A stretch of DNA of 64,000 nucleotides from the NCBI RefSeq assembly GCF_016432865.1, contig NC_067398.1, positions 81,220,001 to 81,284,000 of the forward strand, in the 5' to 3' direction. The translations under genes and the position numbers were made by a program. How positions within the stretch are numbered: position 1 is the first letter of the stretch; each line of letters opens with the position of its first letter. The DNA comes from Antechinus flavipes (Eukaryota). Below the pieces are notes generated by a model that saw only the letters and a list, made by a program, of their open reading frames with translations, did not search any database and had not been told where the DNA came from. This document shows, piece after piece, positions 37,765-49,429 of the stretch.

Positions 37765-38540
37765 TTTAATTCAAAAGTATTTTAATTGCATGTAAGGATA
37801 GTTTTCAACATTCACTGTTTAAGATTTTGAGTTCCATTTTTTTTCTCCCTCCCCTTTTACCTCCCCCTTCCCGAAGAGAGCAAGAAATCTGATATAGGTT
37901 ATACATGGATAATCATTTTGAACATTTTCCCATATTAGTCATTTTATGAAAGAAAAACCAGAACAAAAGGGGAAAAAAAAACATGAGCAAGAAAAAACAA
38001 ACAATACAAAAGGTAAAAATAGTATGCTTCGATCCACATTTAGTCTCCATAGTTCTCTCACTGGATGCAGATAGCATTTTCCATCCCAAGTCTATTGGAA
38101 TTATCTTGGATCACTGCATTGCTGAGAAGAGCCAAGTTTTTCATAGTTGATCATCACATCATCTTGTTGTTACTGTGAACAATGTTCTCTTGGTTCTGCT
38201 TACTTCATTCACTATCAGTTAATTATTAAGTCTTTCCAGGCTTTTTTGAAATCAGCCTCTTCAGAACAATAATATTCCATTATATTTTTCTTACAAAACA
38301 ATAATATTCCATTATATTCATATGCCATAACTTATTCATCTATTTCTCCACTGATGGGCATCCACTCAGTTTCCAGTTCCTTGCCACTACAAAAAGAACT
38401 TTTACAAACATTTTTGCATATGTAAGTCCTTTCCTCTCTTTTATGATCTGAGATACACTGGGGATCAAAGGATATGCACAGTTATATTATAGCCTTTTGG
38501 GCATAGTTCCAAATTGCTCTCCAGAATGGCTGGATCAGCT
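37765..38540 (-). mobile_element. L1 3' fragment
   Basis: Antisense L1 3'UTR and ORF2 end. Contains a small internal duplication (ACAATAATATTCCATTATATT twice). Confidence 0.85.
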
Positions 38541-38739
38541 GAATCTCACTCTTAGTTTTTGTGAGGAAATCTAGAAAACAAGGTGAGGTATAGGAAAAAT
38601 GTTTGGGGTGGGGGGAGAAGAAAGGGATTAAGAGCTGGTATTTATCTCTCTCCTAAACCCAACCCTACATTATAGACTAAAGAACCTCAGTTCAACCCTT
38701 TATTATACACGGAGGGAAAGGGAAGCCTAAAGTGAAAAG

Positions 38740-38960
38740 TGGAGCCAGTATCAGACCTGGAGTTAGGAAGACTCATCTTCAGGAGTTCAGATCCAATCTC
38801 AAACACTGATGGGTGAACCACTTAACCACGTGTACCTCGGTTTTCTAATCTGGGGAATGAACTAGAGAAGGAAATAGCAAATCACTCCCCTATCCCTGCC
38901 AGGAAAACCCCATATGGGATCGTGAAGAGTCAGACAGGACTGGAACAACTGAACAACTTC
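38740..38960 (+). mobile_element. Mar1-type CORE-SINE
   Basis: tRNA head, CORE and RTE tail ending GAAGAGTCAGACAGGACTGGAACAACTGAAC. Confidence 0.75.
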
Positions 38961-39075
38961 TGAAGATTATGGAGGACACAGATCCCTCATGGCCAGTCTC
39001 TGGTCTTTGAGCAGGGGCCTGTGTCCATTTAGCTGACTATTTATTCCCCCCAGGACTGAAGTGAGGAAGCCAAGA

Positions 39076-39657
39076 NNNNNNNNNNNNNNNNNNNNNNNNN
39101 NNNNNNNNNNNNNNNNNNNNNNNNNNNNNNNNNNNNNNNNNNNNNNNNNNNNNNNNNNNNNNNNNNNNNNNNNNNNNNNNNNNNNNNNNNNNNNNNNNNN
39201 NNNNNNNNNNNNNNNNNNNNNNNNNNNNNNNNNNNNNNNNNNNNNNNNNNNNNNNNNNNNNNNNNNNNNNNNNNNNNNNNNNNNNNNNNNNNNNNNNNNN
39301 NNNNNNNNNNNNNNNNNNNNNNNNNNNNNNNNNNNNNNNNNNNNNNNNNNNNNNNNNNNNNNNNNNNNNNNNNNNNNNNNNNNNNNNNNNNNNNNNNNNN
39401 NNNNNNNNNNNNNNNNNNNNNNNNNNNNNNNNNNNNNNNNNNNNNNNNNNNNNNNNNNNNNNNNNNNNNNNNNNNNNNNNNNNNNNNNNNNNNNNNNNNN
39501 NNNNNNNNNNNNNNNNNNNNNNNNNNNNNNNNNNNNNNNNNNNNNNNNNNNNNNNNNNNNNNNNNNNNNNNNNNNNNNNNNNNNNNNNNNNNNNNNNNNN
39601 NNNNNNNNNNNNNNNNNNNNNNNNNNNNNNNNNNNNNNNNNNNNNNNNNNNNNNNNN
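39076..39657. other. Assembly gap (582 N)
   Basis: Run of N. Confidence 1.
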
Positions 39658-40199
39658 TCACTCGGTGCAGACACTGACATGGAGCCCTCAATAAAACACT
39701 AAAATGCCAGATTTAAGAACAGCCCAACCCAGAAAGAGGGGACCACTGCTTCAGACTCGGAGGGACCAGGGACCCAGAGGTCAGACTGCTACACAAAAGG
39801 GAGCTAGAAGCTTGGGCTTGAAGAGAATGGCTGGGAGAGGCTCCATTCCTGGCCCAACAGTGCCACCAAGTGAGCAAAGCAGTCTGGGTAGCCCTGCCGG
39901 GCCTGTTCTGAAATCCATCTCCTTACTTGCCACGGACCAGAACCAGGACAGGGCTTACTTTTCACTTTCAACCTGGGGTCTCCTCAGACTGGAGACTCGT
40001 TGAGAATTATGGAATCTTAGCGATAAAGAGATCTTCAGTGATTATTTAATCCAAACCATACTCCAGGAGAATCCCCACAAAATATATCAGACTGGTGGTC
40101 AGGGAGAATTCACTTCCTTCTGAATGAACTTAAATTCCCCTTTGGGATCATTTTCACTACCTAATATTAGTACTAAATTATTTTATTGCAAATCTATTA

Positions 40200-40500
40200 T
40201 TTCTGCTCTTCCTCCCAGCCCCACAAAAAGCCCCCAAAAAACAAAATGCAACAAATTAATCCCTTTTCTATTAACCAGTCCTTCAAATATTTGTAAACAG
40301 CTATTATTTCCCCTTGACCCCTTGAATCCTGCCAGATGTCCCTAAACCTGGTCTTCTTAAGGCAAAAATCCTCATGTGATATGGATTCAAGACCCTTCAC
40401 GACTCTGATTGCATCGTCCAGATACTCTCCAGATTTCTACTGTACTTCTTAAAGCGACATCTAGAATTAAAAAACACATTCCAGATATGATCTACCATTT
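40200..40500 (-). mobile_element. L3/CR1 fragment
   Basis: Antisense CR1 RT-end motifs (CTTCAAATATTTGTAAACAGCT, ACTCTCCAGATT). Confidence 0.6.
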
Positions 40501-41380
40501 TTTCCTGGTAACTATGGAAGAGTTGGGCTAGAATGGAGTCCAAAATACCCGAGTTAAACATGTAGGGAATACTACCTCAAACACTAACTATACAACTATG
40601 CAAGTCACCCAACCCTTATTCGTCCTAGTATCTTCAACTGTAAAATTGGGTTAATAACAGCACTTACCTCCCAGGATTATTGTGAGGATGAAATGAGGTA
40701 ACATTTGTAAAGTGCTTGGCACAGTACCTGGTACACAGCAAGTGTTTAAAAAACACTTATTCCCTTCCCTGAAGTAGACCAGTCTAGCATTTGCTCACTT
40801 ATATTGAGCCTTTGGGTCTGCCTTCCTTCTTCAAACTGCTTTCTAGTTATGTCTCCCTCCTCTTGTTCTTGAGTTCAAATAAGACTACATTTATTTCTAT
40901 TGAATTCCATATTATTAGGTTCAGCCCAATGCTTTTACTTGTCAAAATTTTTTGGATCTCAACTCTGAAATTCATCAGTATATTCCTTATTCCTTTCAAT
41001 GAAGAGGCAGTGTAGTAAAGTGGGTAGTGTAAAGGGGGTGTGGAGTCAGCATGAACAGAGTGTGAATCTCCCTTCAGATACTGCCTAGCCTCAGGTTACT
41101 TATCTGTAAATTGGGGGAGTTGATAAGTCGCTTATAAATTTGGAACTAAACTCAAAAAGTTATCAAAATGTGCATATCCTTTGACCCAGCAGTGTTTCTA
41201 CTGGACCTGTATCCCAAAAAGATAATCAAAAAGAGAAAAGGACTTGTATGTGCAAAAATGTTTGTGGCAGCCCTTTTTGTAGTGGTAGGAAACTGGAACT
41301 TGAGAATGGCTGAATAAGTTGTGTTGTATGAATGTTATGGAATATTATTGTTCTGTAAGAAACGATCAGCAGGATGATTT

Positions 41381-41884
41381 TTTTAATTTAAATTTTATTT
41401 TATTTAATAATAACTTTGTATTTTCAGAATCCATGCCAGGGTAATTTTTTACAACATTATCCCTTGCACTCGCTTATGTTTCGTTTTTTCCCCTCCCTCC
41501 CTCCACCCCCTCCCCTAGATGGCAAGCAGTCCTATATATGTTAAATATGTTGCAGTATATCCTAGATACAATACATATTTGCAGAACCGAACAGTTCTCC
41601 TGTTGCACAGGGAGAATTGGATTCAGAAGGTAAAAATAACCCGGTAAGAAAATCAAAAATGCAAATAGTTCACATTCGTTTCCCAGTGTTCCTTCTCTGG
41701 GTGTAGCTGTCTCTGTCCATCATTTATCCATTGAAACTCAGGTCTCTTTGTCATAGAAATCCACTTCCATCAGAATACATCCTCATACAATATCGTTGTC
41801 GAAGTGTATAATGATCTACTGGTTCTGCTCATCTCACTTAGCATCAGTCCATGTAGGTCTCTCCAAGCCTCTCTGTATTCATCC
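41381..41884 (-). mobile_element. L1 3' end (different subfamily) nested in host L1
   Basis: T-rich tail at left, L1 3'UTR in antisense, 14-bp TSD CAGCAGGATGATTT at 41367-41380 and 41885-41898. Confidence 0.9.
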
Positions 41885-42187
41885 CAGCAGGATGATTTCA
41901 GAAAGATCTGGGGAGAATTACAGGAACTGATGCTCTTCAACAATGAGGTGATTCAGACCAGTTCCAATTATTCAGTGATGAAGAGAGCCATCTACACCCC
42001 GAGAGAGAATTATGGGAACTGAGTGTGGACCACAACATAGCATTTTCACTCTTTTTGTTGTTGCTTGCTTGCATTTTATTTTGCTTCTTTTTTTTTAACC
42101 AATTTGATTTGATTTTTCTTGTGCAGCACAATAATTGTATAAATATGTATGCATACATTAGATTTAACATATATTTCTACCATGTTT

Positions 42188-42550
42188 TTTTTAATTTAGG
42201 TTTTTATTTACAAGATATATGCATGGGTAATTTTTCAGCACTGACCCTTGTGAAATCTTCTGTTCCAATTTTCCCCCTCTTTCCCCCCTACCTCCTCCCC
42301 CAGATGGCAGATTGACCAATACATGTTAAATATGTTAGAGTATATTTTAAATATAATCTATGTATACCTATCCATACAGTTATTTTGTTGCACAAGAAAA
42401 ATCAGATTTAGAAATTAGGTAAAAATTACCTGAGAAAGAAATCAAAAATGCAAGCAGACAATAACAGGAGTGGAAATGCTATGTTGTGGTCCACACTCAT
42501 TTGCCATAGTTCTTTTGCTGGGTGTAGCTGGTTCTCTTCATTACTGAACA
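42188..42550 (-). mobile_element. Second L1 3' end nested in host L1 3'UTR
   Basis: Poly-T then antisense L1 3'UTR. Short TSD ATGTTT (42182-42187, 42551-42556). The host 3'UTR resumes in register afterwards. Confidence 0.8.
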
Positions 42551-43799
42551 ATGTTTAACATATATTGGATTACTTGCCATCTAGGGGAGGGTGTGGGGGA
42601 AGGGAGGAAAAATTGGAACACAAAAATTTGCAAGGGTTAATGTTAAAGAATTGTCCATACATCTGTTTTGAAAACTAAAAAGCTTTACTAAAAAAATAAA
42701 ATAAAGTCGCTTATAAATCTATGATGTTGTGACTGATTCCTTGAGAACAGAGGTCCTACAATCCTTTCAGAATACGGGGTCTCTAAGGAGAAGGGCTGTT
42801 GCCCCTCAGATGAGTACCTTTGAAGAGAGGTTCTATGCCATCTTCTTCCTCAGATCACTTTGCCTGGGCAATTTTATCAGAATCACAGAACCACAGCTCA
42901 GCTGAACTGTGCACTGGATTGGGGAATTGTATTCAAATCATATCATGTTGGAGCTGAAAGTACAATTTTGTAATGGGAAAACTGAGGCTAGAGAGGAGGA
43001 ATCAAGATGGCAGGATAAAAGAGGCAAGAAAATTGAGGTTAGAATGGAAAACTGATTTACTCAACTGTTTTACACATTCAACAGCAGACCCAGAAATAGA
43101 ATCCATGGCTCCTAATATCTAGTCTGTCTCTCTATGCCCCAGCAGATCCCATTGGAACAGTGGGTAATAGATTAAGAGAGATTTTTAGATGGTATCTTGC
43201 TTTTTGTTTTACAGATGTCAAAAGAGGCTTTTCTTTAAACAGCAAATGGATTTCAAACTCTAAATACAAAGAAAGGTTTAAAAATTTTTTTAACAAATTC
43301 AGTCTAATGTTTGGACAACCTGCAAATACCTAGGTATTAAAAAAAAAACAAACAGTTCCAGACATTCATCCAGAATAAATCTAAAATAAACATAGAGAAG
43401 GTACTAGAATTAAGAGAGATCTGGAAAGGTTTCCTTTAAAAGATGGAATGTTAGTTTTGAAAGTTAAAATTTTAAATATGATATTAAGTTGGAAAGATAT
43501 TGCGGTACTTATAACTAATTGTGGTACTAGACTACAGGTCTTAAGTGCCTAGGAGAGGAATTTGAACTTTATTTCATAAAAAGGAAATCTCTAAATATTT
43601 TAAATAACATGCCTGTAGCTATACATTGAGGACTTTTCTTTCTCTCTCTCTGAGTCATAGGTCCCCGCACTAGCAGTAGCCAATGACATTTTTGAGTTCT
43701 ACCTCTCTCTCCTCCATTTTGGAGATTTCCAAAGAAGCAGTTGAAGGTAAGTTGTACATCTGGCCTGGAGAAAGGCTGAAAACCAAAGTGCCTTTCCAA

Positions 43800-44105
43800 A
43801 TTCTTTTTTTAGGTTATACATTTACATTTTTTTTTAACATTTTTCCAAATGAGTCAATTTGGGAGAGACAAATCAGAGCAAAAGGGGAAAACCATGAAAA
43901 AAAAACAGAAAAAAGTTGAAAATAGTATGAATTTAATATACATTCAGTCTTCATAGTTCTAAGTTGGCGTTTTCCATCCAAAGTTTATTGGGATTGCCTT
44001 GGATCACTGAACTGCTGAGAAGAACCAAATCTGTTACAATTGATCTTCGCATCATCCTTTTGTTGCTTTGCACAATGTTTTCCTGGTTCTTATCTTGCCT
44101 TTCCA
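43800..44105 (-). mobile_element. L1 3'UTR fragment
   Basis: Antisense L1 3'UTR motifs shared with 33741-34280. Confidence 0.7.
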
Positions 44106-44494
44106 AATTCTTAAGAGATTCCATGGGATCAGATGGCATGGCTGGAGGTATACAGCCTAGGCTTTGAGGGATAATGCACTAAATACCTATGGATTCACCA
44201 GGAGCAATCCTGGTTTAGCGCACTGAAACTTCCTTAAAGTGAAAAACAGATTTGCTCGATTTGACAAAGGAAGAAATGTTTTCATGACCAACTGAAACTT
44301 TTGAATTACCAATTGTGCCATCATTAAAACAGTTGAAAATTTAAATAGGCTAGAAGCGTTTGATGCTCCAGAGACACAAGAGTTCTAAGGTGGGGATGCT
44401 GAGGCTTTGGTACCCAGAGAAGAAGAGTGACTGACTCCATCTGCTGGAGGAGAACTGAACATCAGGAAGAAGAGAGTACTTCTCAAAAGGATGG

Positions 44495-44535
44495 AGAGAC
44501 AGAGAGACAAGAGACAGAGACAGAGACAGACAAAG
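44495..44535. repeat. (GAGACA)n microsatellite
   Basis: Imperfect hexanucleotide repeat. Confidence 0.8.
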
Positions 44536-46369
44536 AAAGGATGTAAGATATCTGTGGGGAATGGAGACCAGTGCAAGAAGCAGGGACCAGAGAAAAATTG
44601 CTGCTGGAAAGACATTTTATCATAGAACAGGAAGAAGAGAATACCAACCTTCTCCTTTAAGGGGCCCTAATTTGGCCAGTCTAGAAGTCATCTAGTCTGT
44701 ACAGTTTCTAAAGGCAGGTGGCCCACTGAAGGTAGAAGGATCCTCTGGACTCTATGTGGACCCAGATACAAGCCCTTTAGTGGTTCTATGATGAAATGCT
44801 TTGGGAGCCTTAGTCATTTTAAATGGAGCTGGTGGCTTTTCCTTCAGGGAATTTCATAATTCAAGTTCCCAGATGAGTCAGAAAAGTGAGAGGTCCCAAA
44901 GGGTACACAGATTCCTAAGTCAAAACGGATCTTGAGGTGGTATTGGAATATCAAAGTAGAGATACCTTTTGTTAGATCATAAATTCTATAAATGGATGTT
45001 TCTTTTCTGACACCCAATAACAATAAGTACTTATAAATGTTGATTGCATTATTCGAATAGAAGGAAATAAGCGTTTATACAGCACCTACTACTGCCAGGC
45101 CACAGTGATGCAAGTTTTACAAATATCGCCTTATGTGATCCTCCCAACAACTCTTTCTGTGTTGCATTCACTAACTGTGGAAGGCAATAAGCATTTTTAT
45201 AGCACCTACTATGTGGCGGGCATTGTACTAGGAGCTTTACAAATATCATCTCATCTGATCCTCACAACTGTCCCAGGTGGGTGCTGTTATTATCCCCAGT
45301 TTATAGTTGAGGAAACTGAAGTTAACAAAGGTTGTGACTTATCCAAGATCACACAGCTAGGGAGTGTCCGGGGCTAAACTTGAACTCAGATCTTCTAGAA
45401 ATGCAAAGAAAAATCAAATGAATTTTCTACCCCCAAGTCCTGCAATAGAGGAGAATGGATAGAGGAGTGACCTCTAAGGCAGTGATGGCCTGTTGTCTCT
45501 TGGCCTTGTGGACTAATTCTTTTATCATCTGGACCGCAGATGTCCATTTCCTTATCTGGGAAACGATGAAAAGACCCTTTCATTTATTCACTCCTCATTA
45601 AGTCCCTGTTACGCCGAGTGCGGAGAGGGACAGGGCACAACCCCACAGATATACCACGTGGGAGGTGGGGTCCTCCCCGCCCTGCCACTGCTCCTCCCCC
45701 CGGGGATCGCCCTCCGCAGAAAAACGGGCAACGGCCTACCCTCCTATTCTGCAGCTTTAGGAGTGAAAAGGAACTCCTAACTTGACTGAAAGGTGAGTTT
45801 TGGCTTCCTTGCGGATGCTGCCCTGGGGCTGCCAGGGAGAAAGAAGGTCGAGTTAAGAAAAGCAGGGAAGAATCTTGACACTTGTGGAGGGGGATTCCCG
45901 AATCTTCCCACAGACGCCTTCCTAGACACTTTCCAACGGGGAAACTGGCTTTGTAAATAGGAAGCGCATCGGGTAAATCCCACGGGGTCTCCCACTGAAG
46001 GTGGGCTTCCCAAAATTACACTTTGTTATCAGTAACCATTTTGTCCGCCTATTTTATATTCCTATACACAGAGAGACCTACAAACTTCTCCGTGAAAAAG
46101 GGGTCTAGTGCGGACAAAGTCAATTACAGCCAGTCAGACACACCCTAGAACGTCACAACTGGGAACACAAGGTATATTGTTATTATTATTAATGTACCCA
46201 TTTTACAGATGAGTAAACTGAGGCAGACACTGGTGAGGGGCCTGGAGTCAGTTGAGCATCCAGGTTCTAGACCTGCCTTCAAAACGGGGGCTACCAAAGC
46301 CGGGAGGGGCCTTTCAGGGGTAATTAATCCAATCGGAAACTGAGATCCAATTAGGCTCGAGGGCTAAAC

Positions 46370-47360
46370 TGAAAACTGGCCGTCCGAGGCAATTCCTTCT
46401 TACACCCATTTTACAACGGGGGAAACTGGGGCTGGGGAGATGTAGGGCGTCGCGCGGGGTCACCCTGGGAAGTGTCGATCACCGCCCGAGGTTCAGGCCC
46501 AGAGGAGGGTGGTTGGCGCCCTTCTCAACCGACCCATTTTACGAGGAAAACAGGAAACAGCGGGGGCCACGGGCGGGGTTGGCTTCCGGACACTTCCGAG
46601 GCCACGGTTCAACTCGGTCCCCCAGCGGAAGAGCAGGGTCCGGACCTTTTCTTCCCGGAACGTTTTTTCTTGAGGCCTAGGACTCCGGGGGGAAGGTTTT
46701 CCTATAGGATTTTCCTCCCACGCGGCCTTTATTTCCCACACTGCCCCGCGCTTCTTCCTTCTTTCTCTCTCTAGCTTTGGGCCTCTTCCGGTTGGTGGAG
46801 TGCCTGTTGGCGCAGGCTGCGGTGAGAGGCTATGGGGGTCGTATCCGGCGCCATCCGTGGCCTGGATGGGACATGGGGGGTCGAGCGAATAGCTCGGAGG
46901 ATAATGGAGGAGTTCTGAGCCGGGGGTCAGGCCGGGCGGGACCGGCGGGTGGGGGGCAGATCGGGATTGAGCCCGGGAGAGTCGGGGGTAGCTGAGAGGC
47001 CTGGGCCGGGGTGAGAGGGAGTTTGGGGCCGGGATGAGAAGGAGTTCGGGCCCCGGGGCATCGAGAAGGGAAGGAGAGGCGCAGACCGGGCTGGTACCGT
47101 GCGTCGTTTAGCGTAATCTCAGGGCCGCTACGGGAGTCTCGGGAGCAGGACGGGATTGGGAGCCCACGCGGGGCGCCCTTCTTAAGGAGGGAGTCCCACC
47201 GTCGGCAGAACCGCAGAGGGGGCCCCAACCCTCCCATCTCCCCGCGCGGCTCTGCCCCCCCGGTGCCAGATGGGGCAAACCCGAGTCCTCTCCCATGGGA
47301 GTCCTAGCTAGAGCTCCCAAACAACTGCTGGAGATCCTCTAACGCCCCGCTGTTGTGCCC
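46370..47360 (+). promoter_or_regulatory. RPL29: CpG-island promoter of RPL29
   Basis: CpG-dense segment spanning exon 1. Contains GC box GGGCGGGGT (46571-46579), ETS/GABP-type sites CTTCCGG (46583), CACTTCCG (46591), GCGGAAG (46625) and CCGGAA (46655), and a YY1-like CGCCAT (46849) in intron 1. This is typical ribosomal-protein promoter architecture. Boundaries approximate. Confidence 0.85.
46782..46821 (+). other. RPL29: RPL29 non-coding exon 1 with TCT initiator / 5' TOP start
   Basis: CCTCTTC at 46782-46788 matches the TCT consensus YC(+1)TYTYY, predicting a TSS at C46783. Donor G|GTGAGA at 46822. A second TCT match lies at 46760-46766, so the exact TSS is uncertain. Confidence 0.75.
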
Positions 47361-47783
47361 TAAACTAGCCCAAATTTGAACACTCATTTCCCTTTCATTC
47401 TGTGGTATATTTGGGGCTTTAGCGATCGGTAAATATTTACTGATCGTTTACTTGGGTGCTGGCTAGAACAGCAGAAGACGGGCCCTGTCCTCGAGGAGCT
47501 CAGTTAATTGGAGCTAGCCTGCACACGGATGAATGGGAAATCTTCGGGAAAGGATGGCACTAAAATGAAGAGATGTTGGGTTTCCTGTGGAAACTGAGGA
47601 TTTTTTAAATTGGGACTAGACTCGGGAAACTGGTTCAACTCCGGCTTCATGACCCAGAAAACATCATACATACACAGCATACTTAAGCTGTGAAGATGAG
47701 GGATTGGGCTTCATGGGGGTCACAGAGCTCTGTGATCCTAAATCCTAAAATCGTTGTCATTTTTCTCCCCTACAGGTGCAAAG

Positions 47784-47820
47784 ATGGCTAAGTCTAAGAA
47801 CCATACCACCCACAATCAAT
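47784..47820 (+). CDS. RPL29: 60S ribosomal protein L29 (eL29), coding exon 1 (gene exon 2)
   Basis: Acceptor TACAG| at 47775. ATG 47784 encodes MAKSKNHTTHNQ + 1 nt, followed by donor GTAAGT at 47821. Identical to the eL29 N-terminus. Confidence 0.98.
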
Positions 47821-47887
47821 GTAAGTTCTCCCCCAGGGTAAAGGAGAGAGCACCTTGTTAGCTGGATTGAGTGTTAAGACTGCAGGG

Positions 47888-48079
47888 CAGGGGTCCTCAA
47901 ACTTTTTATATAGGAGGCCAGTTCACTGTCCCTCAGACTGTTGGAAGGTCAGACTATAGTAAAAACAAAAACTTTGTATTGTGGGCCTTTAAATAAAGAA
48001 ACTTTATAGCCCTGGGTGAGGGGGATAAATGTCCTCAGCGGCGGCATCTGGCCCGCAGGCCATAGTTTGAGGACCCCTG
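47888..48079. mobile_element. Non-autonomous hAT DNA transposon (MITE), OposCharlie1/OC1-like, in RPL29 intron 2
   Basis: 192 bp with perfect 16-bp TIRs CAGGGGTCCTCAAACT / AGTTTGAGGACCCCTG and an 8-bp TSD CTGCAGGG / CTGCAGGC (1 mismatch). The hAT call is direct from the sequence; the OC1 family name is recalled, not searched. Confidence 0.9.
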
Positions 48080-48280
48080 CTGCAGGCTTTGTAAAATTTG
48101 GACAAGTTGCTAATCTGAGAACCTTTTTTCCTTATCTTTTAGGTAGGAATAGTAATTCTGCCACTTTGCAGGAGTGAGGAAAAATAATTTATCTAAATGT
48201 TGGACACTAGGTGTTATTTGATTTTACATAGCAATACATACATGGCCTAATTTGGATTTTTTTTCTTTTTTTGTCTATAG

Positions 48281-48345
48281 CACGAAAATGGCACAGAAAT
48301 GGCATCAAGAAACCTAGATCACAGAGATATGAGTCTCTGAAAGGG
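48281..48345 (+). CDS. RPL29: eL29 coding exon 2 (gene exon 3)
   Basis: Polypyrimidine tract and TAG| at 48280. 65 nt encoding (S)[21 protein letters not shown], donor GTGAGT at 48346. Phase is consistent: 37+65=102 nt. Confidence 0.98.
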
Positions 48346-49429
48346 GTGAGTGTGCATATGTTCCGCGAATATGGTTTGCTGAGCAAACTCAGGTTTCTGG
48401 TTTGAGACTTTAGATGGATGGTCAATTTTGTGACAATGCTTTATGCCTACAGCCCCCTGACCATCTGTCTCACCATCAAAATATGGGGAGGCTGCTACTC
48501 TCAGTATCAACCTTGGTAGAAGAGAGGCTTGTCTAGAAAAGTTATATAGGAGTTTAGATCATACTGTGATACACTGGCAAGATGTTAGCTCTGGAGGCAA
48601 GGACTGGGATTGAAAGCCTGTGTGACCTTCTAGGTAAAACTTTTCTGGGCCTAAGTTTCCTCACCTATGAGATTTGGGGGTGGGGGACAATTAGGTTAAT
48701 GACCTTTAAGTCTTTCTCTAGCTATAATCTGATTTTCTGCAAGCCACTGGCCTGTCAGGAAACAAAACAGCTGCCTGCCCTAAGGAGAGAAGACAAGAAA
48801 GATGTACATAGCACTAGGGCAAAGCACAAAAAGTGTTCTAAGATTGCCCCACTTCCTTGTGTTCATATAGGTGTCATTTTTTTATCCAAGAGTCTTGGCA
48901 GAGTATTCTGCACATGATAGGGGCTTGACAAAAATTGGAACTAAATAGATGGCATCACTTCTAGTTCTCAGAATATGGTTAAATGTGTAACCCAGGTATG
49001 GTACCATTGGGGCCAACATAGCTTGTTAATAACTGAGTCACATGAGCTACATTCAGTCCTTGAACAGTTGGTATTAATCTTTTAACCATTCATCAATCAT
49101 TATGCTCATTGTGTTCAGTGATTTGAGCTGGTAGTGGAGATGTATTCACAAGATCTGACCCCAGCCCTGAGGAATCCTAAATAGTCCAGTAGGAGGTAAA
49201 AATCATAGACTCAAAATAACTATATAGCTATGCAGTATTCAAACTGTCTTAACTAATTGAATCTTAACAATTTCTCCAAAGGTAATTTTTAAATTTCTTG
49301 ATGACTGAGAACTTTAACAAATGATTTACCCTCATAGAGTTGTATAAAGGCCAAACTTTGTTGCCACCTTTGGATACCAGTCATTTGGCTTGTTGTTCCT
49401 TATATTTAGGAAAGTTATGTAAAACATTT

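Larger units (their letters stand above)
41140..42704 (+). mobile_element. L1 3' fragment (host) interrupted by two antisense L1 insertions
   Basis: ORF2 C-terminus plus 3'UTR and A-tail. 15-bp TSD AAGTCGCTTATAAAT at 41125-41139 and 42705-42719. Inserted within a MIR-like remnant. Confidence 0.9.
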
